Origin: an uncultured Acidobacteriota bacterium
GTDB taxonomy: Bacteria > Acidobacteriota > Thermoanaerobaculia > Multivoradales > JAHEKO01
DNA length: 64,000 nucleotides
Assembly: GCA_963713825.1 (NCBI GenBank)
Contig: CAVQNG010000014.1
Location: forward strand, 54,366 to 118,365
Direction: 5' to 3'
In this document: positions 58,387 through 64,000 of the stretch, one piece after another
How the letters are laid out: every line of letters begins with the position of its first letter
Position numbering within the stretch: the stretch's first letter is position 1
Notes under the pieces: generated by a model
The model's input: the letters and a program-made list of their open reading frames with translations, nothing else
The model's database searches: none
What the model was told of the DNA's origin: nothing
Position numbers and translations under genes: made by a program

Positions 58387-58783
58387 CGCCTCGTGATGAT
58401 ACCGCAGTGAGGCTGAGTGGTAAGGGGCGGGTGAGGTCCTCTAGTGGGTGGGACGTGAGGTGGAGAAGGGCGTAGGTACAGCCCCCGTCAGTCTGCCGAA
58501 CGCGAGCGACAGGGTAGAACTGGAGAACTACTCTCAGGTGTGAGTCAGGAAGCTGCGTCTGAAGTACCGACACCAAGCGCCGGGCTTCGAGCCTCAGCGA
58601 GTATCGGCCGTTCACTCTCTCGAACTGATTTGCCTTCGTCTGGCTGTGAGGAAGGGTAGCGAGAACGAACATTCTTGGCATGAAACCAAGAGCGCCGGCC
58701 TCGTGAACATCTCGAATTTCGATGGGAAGAACTCGAGCGGAGGGCCGGTCTTCCAACAGCAGGTGCTGGCGCATCAAGCCCAC
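58343..58783 (-). CDS. Hypothetical protein (islet cargo, doubtful)
   Basis: 146-aa ORF overlapping the MNT gene by 44 nt. No motifs recognized. Confidence 0.3.
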   Translation of the reverse strand: MGLMRQHLLLEDRPSARVLPIEIRDVHEAGALGFMPRMFVLATLPHSQTKANQFERVNGRYSLRLEARRLVSVLQTQLPDSHLRVVLQFYPVARVRQTDGGCTYALLHLTSHPLEDLTRPLPLSLTAVSSRGDEPGSTRDRPTKAR

Positions 58784-58886
58784 CGCAATCCCTGCCTGCG
58801 CACCAATAGCGCACCAAATCGCCGATTTGGGGGTCTGAGGCCGACTCCAAGAATCGATGTAAATGTCTTAGTTTGAGGGAGTTGAG

Positions 58887-58963
58887 TGGCGCGCCGGCAG
58901 GGACTCGAACCCCGAACCCCCAGATCCGAAGTCTGGTGCTCTATCCAATTGAGCTACCGGCGC
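58887..58963 (-). tRNA. tRNA-Arg (anticodon TCG)
   Basis: The reverse complement GCGCCGGTAGCTCAATTGGATAGAGCACCAGACTTCGGATCTGGGGGTTCGGGGTTCGAGTCCCTGCCGGCGCGCCA folds as a 77-nt cloverleaf. 7-bp acceptor stem, D-arm GCTC/GAGC, anticodon stem CCAGA/TCTGG with loop CTTCGGA, T-arm CGGGG/CCCTG with TTCGAGT loop, and an encoded CCA. Confidence 0.85.
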
Positions 58964-59128
58964 ACGGAAAAGTGTTGTCTCACAACTGGTGCAAAGATGC
59001 AAGCACCCGGATGAAGACGCAGTGAAGATCGTCATGCCGCATAGCGGCGAAAACGGGTAGAATCGGGCTTGAAAGCGGGAGCGGTCGTCCGCAGGGGGCG
59101 AGGCCAACTCTCGGCGCGGGAGGTAAAC

Positions 59129-60964
59129 GTGGACTACAACGTCGATTTCAGGGATGTGAAGTTTCAGATCTTCGATTGGCTGCCCACCGAGCGACTGCTG
59201 GGCAAGGGAATGTACGAGGACTGGGATCGGGATAGCCTCGAGATGGTCCTGGCGGAGGCTCTCAAAATCTCACAAGAAGAGATTGCACCGACCAACGAAG
59301 ACGGAGATCAAGAGGGCTCTACTCTCGAAGATGGAGTCGTCAAGGTTCCCTCGTCATTCAAGGCGCCCTACAAGACGGTCGCGGAGGGCGGCTGGATTGG
59401 TTGTACGAACAATCCGGAGTTTGGCGGTCTGGGCATTCCGGTCGTCGTGGGCACGGCGGTCAATGAGTTCTTTTCCGGTGCCAACCTCTCTTTGGCGCTG
59501 GTTCTCATGCTGACGCGTGGTGCTGGTGAGCTCGTCGAGGAGTTCGGTACCGACGAGATGCGCGAGCTCTTCTGCGACAAGCTGTTTTCCGGTGAGTGGA
59601 CCGGCACGATGTGCTTGACGGAGCCGCAGGCAGGTTCTGATGTCGGAGCTTCGACGAGCAAGGCGGAGCCCCAGGAGAACGGGCGCTATCTCATCTCCGG
59701 TGAGAAGATCTTCATCACCTACGGCGATCACGACCTGACGGACAACGTGATCCACGCGGTGCTAGCTCGGCTTCCGGGAGCGAAGCCCGGAACCAAGGGT
59801 CTCTCCCTCTTCATCGTGCCGAAATATCGAGTCAACCCCGATGGCAGCTTGGGCGAGCCGAACGACGTCCAGTGCGCCAGCATCGAGCACAAGATGGGCA
59901 TCCACGGTTCACCCACGTGCTCGATGCTCTTCGGGCAGAATGGGGCCTGCGAAGGCTTTCTGGTAGGCGAAGAGAACAAGGGCATGAAGCTCATGTTCAC
60001 GATGATGAATGCCGCCAGGCTGGAAGTGGGCTTGCAGGGTGTGGCCGTGGCAGGAGCAGCCCATCAGGCGGCGCAGGCATACGCTCGCGAACGGGTCCAA
60101 AGTCGGCATTGGAGTGGGGCACGCGACGCCGGCCCGGTTGCCATCGTCGAGCACCCCGATGTGCGTCGTCTGCTGCTGCTGTCCGACTCCTATGTGCAGG
60201 GGATGAGGGCTCTTCTACTCCAGACCGCCCTGTACCAGGATATGGCCCGCGCACTGAATGGAGAAGAGGCGGTGAGCTACAAGGCCATTAGTGAGCTGCT
60301 AACCCCTATCTGCAAAGCCTGGTGCACCGACTGGAGCTTCAGGGTGACGGAGTGGTGCCTGCAGGTCTTTGGAGGCTATGGCTACACGAAGGACTATCCG
60401 GCGGAGCAGTATCTGAGGGATGCCAAGATCGGCTCCATCTACGAAGGCACCAACGGTATCCAGGCGCTCGATCTCGTCGCGCGCAAGATCCCGTCCCATG
60501 AGGGCAAGCCGTTCGGCGAGCTTCTGGCTCGAGTCGGCAATACAGTGAAGAACCTGCGTGGGGACTCGCTGCTCGGGGGGCCAGCGCTGCGGCTCGGCAA
60601 GGCGGTCAAGCAAGTCGAGGAGACCGTGGGGGAGGTCTCACAACGCCCCGACATGATGCAGTCGCTGATGCTGAATGCGGTGCCGATGCTCGACATGGTT
60701 GGCACGACTCTGGCCGGTAACTTCTTGCTGGAGCAGGCCAATCTTGCGAAGGCCAAGCTCGAGAAGATCCTGCAGGCAAAGAGCGTCGATGCCGAGGATG
60801 GGGATGCTCTCGCAGCCCTGCTGAGCGACGATGAAGAGGCCGCTTTCTACCACAACAAGATTCAGGCGGCGATCCACTTCGCTTTCAGGGTTCTGCCCAT
60901 GGTCAAGGCGATGGGTGTAGCGGTTCGGGCCGGTGAATCGGCTCCCATCGCGGCACATCTCTAG
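59129..60964 (+). CDS. Acyl-CoA dehydrogenase family protein (long, ~610 aa type)
   Basis: GTG start at 59129 with a GGGAGG RBS 5 nt upstream, giving M-DYNVDFRDVKFQIF, typical of long ACADs. ACAD middle and C-terminal domains (TEPQAGSDVG, GGYGYTKDYPAEQYLRDAKI.SIYEGTN). The ATG at 59069 is an upstream read-through. Confidence 0.85.
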   Translation: MDYNVDFRDVKFQIFDWLPTERLLGKGMYEDWDRDSLEMVLAEALKISQEEIAPTNEDGDQEGSTLEDGVVKVPSSFKAPYKTVAEGGWIGCTNNPEFGGLGIPVVVGTAVNEFFSGANLSLALVLMLTRGAGELVEEFGTDEMRELFCDKLFSGEWTGTMCLTEPQAGSDVGASTSKAEPQENGRYLISGEKIFITYGDHDLTDNVIHAVLARLPGAKPGTKGLSLFIVPKYRVNPDGSLGEPNDVQCASIEHKMGIHGSPTCSMLFGQNGACEGFLVGEENKGMKLMFTMMNAARLEVGLQGVAVAGAAHQAAQAYARERVQSRHWSGARDAGPVAIVEHPDVRRLLLLSDSYVQGMRALLLQTALYQDMARALNGEEAVSYKAISELLTPICKAWCTDWSFRVTEWCLQVFGGYGYTKDYPAEQYLRDAKIGSIYEGTNGIQALDLVARKIPSHEGKPFGELLARVGNTVKNLRGDSLLGGPALRLGKAVKQVEETVGEVSQRPDMMQSLMLNAVPMLDMVGTTLAGNFLLEQANLAKAKLEKILQAKSVDAEDGDALAALLSDDEEAAFYHNKIQAAIHFAFRVLPMVKAMGVAVRAGESAPIAAHL

Positions 60965-60985
60965 GGAACGAGCTTGGTTGGGGAG

Positions 60986-62719
60986 CTAGAGCTTCTCGAT
61001 CTCGACCTGCAGTCCCGCCAACGAGTCCTTCGACTCTCCGAGCGCGCTGTCGAGCTCTTCTAGCTTCTCGCGCTCTGCCCTGACGAATCGCGTATAGGGA
61101 CCGATCGCCTCTTCGATGCGGTGACGGGCGCGCTCGACCTCCCGATCGAACTGCTCGGTCAGGGAGCTCATGAGCTTCTCCCGGAGCACGAGGATCTTCT
61201 TGCTGAGCTCCTTCTTGGCTCTCTTGCGGCGAGCCGGCAACACGAACAGGCCCAGCAGAGCGAGTGTTCCGGCTGCCATCAATCCGGTGACGTCGGCCAG
61301 CTGGGTGGTGGCCATCAGTGTGATGATGGCTCCGAGCCCGAGGGCGCTGACCTCGATGATGGCAGTGCCAGCGACGGCGGTTCGCACGGATTCGGCCATG
61401 CGATCGATCTCCGCCACCCGACTGTAGCCATCCACTGCATCCTGGGCGGCCCTGCCGACAGTCTCCAGGAGGGTCTGGCGATCGTATTCGAAGGTGCCCA
61501 TCTCTCCAACCAGTTTGCTGTCGTGCTCGACCCGCCTCTTGGAGAGGCTTTCGGAGACCCCTTTCCACTGGCGCAGCTCCGCCTCGACCATCCAGTCGAT
61601 GATCTCGTTGACCTTCGTCTCGATCTGCTGTGGCGCCCGCCCAATGACCTGGCGTTCGAAGTCGGCCTTGATCTTGGCCTTGTTCATCAGGTCGAAGGCT
61701 CGGGGCAGCCGCAGCGTCTCATCGAAGTACTCCATGCCGCGGCGCTCGAACTCGAGCAGGATGTTGTCGACATCGGTGAGGCGGTAGCGAAACTCGCGGG
61801 CCATGTCCTGCCCATAGAGGTCGAGTTGGCGCTCGACATGGTCGATGGCTTCAAAGTCCTCGGCCAGGACCTCCAACCGGCTCACCGTGGCATCGGAGTA
61901 GGTCTCCGCGAGATGCCGGCCGACGCCGAGAGGATTGAGGAGTTTCAACCGGATGCGCTCTGTTTCATCGAGCGTCTCCAGGAGGAAGCTCTCCAGAGAG
62001 GGTAGGCGGCTGTGGGCGAGAAGCTCCTCGTCCACTGTGGGCCGCAGCTTCGCACTGAGCGCCTGTTGGGAAGAGACCGGGAAGACTTCGGAAGCGAACC
62101 CCAGAAGGCGTTCACCGTTCTCTCTCACGTAGTCGACGACTTGCTCGAGGTCTTCCTGACTCCGCAGGATGTCGATTTTGTTGACGACGAAGACCAGTTT
62201 CTTGCCCCACTGACGAATCCCGTTCATGAAGTTCCGTTCGCTCTCGGTGAAGGGGCGATCGGCAGAGGTCACGAACAGCACGAGGTCGGCTCGCGGCACG
62301 AAATCGGAGGTGATGGCCTCGTGATCCCGGTCGAGGGCGTTCGTACCGGGTGTGTCGACGATGTGCACCTCATCGAGGATCTCGACTGGTGCGGTGATCT
62401 CTTCAATGCCCTCTTCACCGACCGAATCGCCGTTGGCTTCGCCGTACTTGAGATGGTGAATGCGGGTGGTGGTCGGTGTGACGCCGTCCGGCAGCACCTG
62501 GCGCCCCAGCAGGGCGTTGATAAAGGTGCTTTTGCCAGCGTTGAACTCGCCTACGACAACGAGCAGAAACAGGTCGTCGAGCTGGCGAATCGAGCGCTCG
62601 AGAGTCCTTTGATCTTCTCGGCTGGCAGCAGAGCGCACCAGGGAGACGTGCAGATCACCGAGGAGGCGACGCTCCTCGATCAGTAGCTCGGTCTGATGTT
62701 TGTCGAGAATCTTCTGCAT
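60986..62719 (-). CDS. Bacterial dynamin-like GTPase
   Basis: Start MQKILDKHQ. G1 VVVGEFNAGKSTFINALLG, G3 DTPG and G4 NKID motifs. Two predicted TM helices near the C-terminal third (LGLGAIITLMATTQL.., AAGTLALLGLFVL). Confidence 0.8.
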   Translation of the reverse strand: MQKILDKHQTELLIEERRLLGDLHVSLVRSAASREDQRTLERSIRQLDDLFLLVVVGEFNAGKSTFINALLGRQVLPDGVTPTTTRIHHLKYGEANGDSVGEEGIEEITAPVEILDEVHIVDTPGTNALDRDHEAITSDFVPRADLVLFVTSADRPFTESERNFMNGIRQWGKKLVFVVNKIDILRSQEDLEQVVDYVRENGERLLGFASEVFPVSSQQALSAKLRPTVDEELLAHSRLPSLESFLLETLDETERIRLKLLNPLGVGRHLAETYSDATVSRLEVLAEDFEAIDHVERQLDLYGQDMAREFRYRLTDVDNILLEFERRGMEYFDETLRLPRAFDLMNKAKIKADFERQVIGRAPQQIETKVNEIIDWMVEAELRQWKGVSESLSKRRVEHDSKLVGEMGTFEYDRQTLLETVGRAAQDAVDGYSRVAEIDRMAESVRTAVAGTAIIEVSALGLGAIITLMATTQLADVTGLMAAGTLALLGLFVLPARRKRAKKELSKKILVLREKLMSSLTEQFDREVERARHRIEEAIGPYTRFVRAEREKLEELDSALGESKDSLAGLQVEIEKL

Positions 62720-62753
62720 GGCGAGAAGGGTCGAGGAAAAGATAGCACGGGGC

Positions 62754-63950
62754 TCACTCCTCCAAGGCCTGCTGATCGTTCTCCAGACTGGAGAGGGCCA
62801 CTTCACGCAGCGCAGCAATCTCTTCGTCGGTGGCTGAGCGCCACAGTCGCTTCTGCCGCCGGCGCTCGATGGAAGCCGGCGAATAGCGAATGGAGGTCAC
62901 CAGCTTGCCGGCCCGGTTGAACACGTGAGCGCGACCCCGCTCACCAAGCACGATCAGGGTTCTTCTGCGGGTGTCGAAGAGGAGATCCTCGTCGCTGGCT
63001 GCGGCTAGATCCGACAGAGCCTTCCAGGTGGGTCGGTCTCTTTGACGGTGCCGATGTTCAGCGTGGCCGGTTCGACGGCGCCTGGACCGATCCCGCCTTT
63101 CGAGGCGACGGGCCAGCCCAGAGAGGAGGCCCTGAATTCTCTCGTCGAGTTGGCCCTCGTCGATGGTGCGGGCTCTCGCCACGGTGTGCTCGATCTGGCG
63201 TAAGGCCTCCTGTGCCCAGCGGGCGGATCGCATCCAAGGCAACTCGCCGGTGCGGTCGAAGAGATTTTCGAGCGGCTGATCGTCTGGAGCGACACCGATG
63301 AGGTTGAGGCCGAACCGGCGTTGCCCCTTCGGGGGCTGGGAGGAGACGATCTGGAAAGTCAGGGCCAGCGTCTCTTCCAATCCGCGGATGGTGGGGAAGG
63401 AATACCAGCCTGCCGCGACTTGACCGTGGATGTGATAGCCGGAGTCGGCGTCCTGGAAGGCAGGGAGCAGGTGACTCGTCAGCTCCGGTCCCGAGGTGGT
63501 GTGCGCGATCAGTCGGCGCGGAGTCTTGTAGAGCTGATCGACCCTGGGGTCCTTTTGCTCCAGCAACCACTGGCCGAAGTCCAGGAATCGGGGCAATCCA
63601 CTTGGACCGTAACCGGCAAAGACCTCCTGTCCGGTTGCTGGTATCGAGTGGTCGCAGGCTGCACTGGCACAGCGCAGACAGTAGAGATGCCCCGGAAGAA
63701 AGACCGAGCGATGCACGAGGATCTCGTTCAGGCCGTGGCTCAAGGCGTCAGCCGCGTCGTCTCGGGCGTTCTCCAGCCAGCCTTTGCGCTGGTGAATTGG
63801 GACTTGGAGTCGCACCTCGAGCGTCTCGTCTCCGCCTTCGAGCAGATGTCCCGACGGGTGTCGTCGGATTCGGCTGCCGATCTCCTTGGCCAGCAACCGG
63901 AGGGCCAGGGAGAGCGTGTCCTTGTCGGGGCTGTCGGAGCGACCGGCCAT
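62754..63950 (-). CDS. Hypothetical protein upstream of the dynamin-like GTPase (possible partner)
   Basis: 398-aa ORF ending 35 nt before the GTPase start. Cys-containing segment LYCLRCASAACDH. No family recognized. Confidence 0.45.
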   Translation of the reverse strand: MAGRSDSPDKDTLSLALRLLAKEIGSRIRRHPSGHLLEGGDETLEVRLQVPIHQRKGWLENARDDAADALSHGLNEILVHRSVFLPGHLYCLRCASAACDHSIPATGQEVFAGYGPSGLPRFLDFGQWLLEQKDPRVDQLYKTPRRLIAHTTSGPELTSHLLPAFQDADSGYHIHGQVAAGWYSFPTIRGLEETLALTFQIVSSQPPKGQRRFGLNLIGVAPDDQPLENLFDRTGELPWMRSARWAQEALRQIEHTVARARTIDEGQLDERIQGLLSGLARRLERRDRSRRRRTGHAEHRHRQRDRPTWKALSDLAAASDEDLLFDTRRRTLIVLGERGRAHVFNRAGKLVTSIRYSPASIERRRQKRLWRSATDEEIAALREVALSSLENDQQALEE

Positions 63951-64000
63951 GACCTGATGCTATCGGAATGCGAGGTGAATCTCGGTCCGTCGGCTGGCAG

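Larger units (their letters stand above)
57106..58886. mobile_element. Small integrated islet (remnant) bounded by tRNA-Arg 3'-half direct repeats; no integrase
   Basis: Bounded by the direct repeats 57038-57105 and 58864-58931. Cargo is a HepT/MNT pair plus two hypotheticals. Confidence 0.5.

Noticed and set aside
1-64000. CRISPR arrays, rRNA genes, intact integrase or full-length transposase
   Set aside because: No regularly spaced repeat-spacer arrays and no rRNA-like conserved stretches were seen. Only truncated transposase N-termini and integrase-less att remnants are present.

Overview
This is a high-GC (~62%) chromosomal segment from a Gram-negative-type bacterium, inferred from the RND efflux, TonB-dependent receptor and lipoprotein signals. 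It is dense in accessory content. Read left to right:

- **Left edge:** an M20 amidohydrolase (partial), a secreted S9 peptidase, an MDR oxidoreductase, then a periplasmic adaptor plus two tandem RND permeases (MdtABC-like).
- **Toxin-antitoxin islet:** VapBC / GNAT / VapBC.
- **Fatty-acid-synthesis cassette (minus strand):** eight translationally coupled genes for an enoyl-reductase-like SDR, KAS III, FabA, FabZ-like dehydratase, KAS I/II, a dedicated ACP, a PlsC-type acyltransferase and a PPTase.
- **Hydroxyproline-type catabolic locus (plus strand):** a secreted Kelch propeller protein, then a proline-racemase-family enzyme with a Ser/Cys active-site pair, an OCD/mu-crystallin reductase, an S9 peptidase, a DapA-family lyase, an aldehyde dehydrogenase and an SDR. 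Three of these genes carry +1 frameshifts.
- **Mobile-looking block:** a third VapBC pair, a CPBP protease, an HNH (DUF222) endonuclease and a MazEF pair, bounded by palindromic repeat units.
- **Signalling operon:** an FG-GAP repeat protein, then a TonB-dependent receptor, a ~1500-aa Ser/Thr kinase with STAND NTPase and WD40 domains, and an ECF sigma factor in one minus-strand operon.
- **Right-hand region:** two paralogous secreted beta-helix proteins, DoxX, a second RND pump with its adaptor, and a TPR Ser/Thr kinase bracketed by inverted transposase N-terminal fragments.
- **tRNA islet:** tRNA-Arg(TCG) with a duplicated 3' half 1.8 kb away, enclosing a HepT/MNT toxin-antitoxin pair.
- **Right edge:** a long acyl-CoA dehydrogenase, and a dynamin-like GTPase with a hypothetical partner.

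Two further degenerate copies of a tRNA-Arg-3'-half-containing ~240 bp repeat lie upstream of the CPBP and DoxX genes. No rRNA or CRISPR array was seen. Coordinates are anchored to the ORF track; starts were refined from sequence features such as RBS, signal peptides, homology-typical N-termini and 4-nt start/stop overlaps. My own base indexing may be off by one in places.
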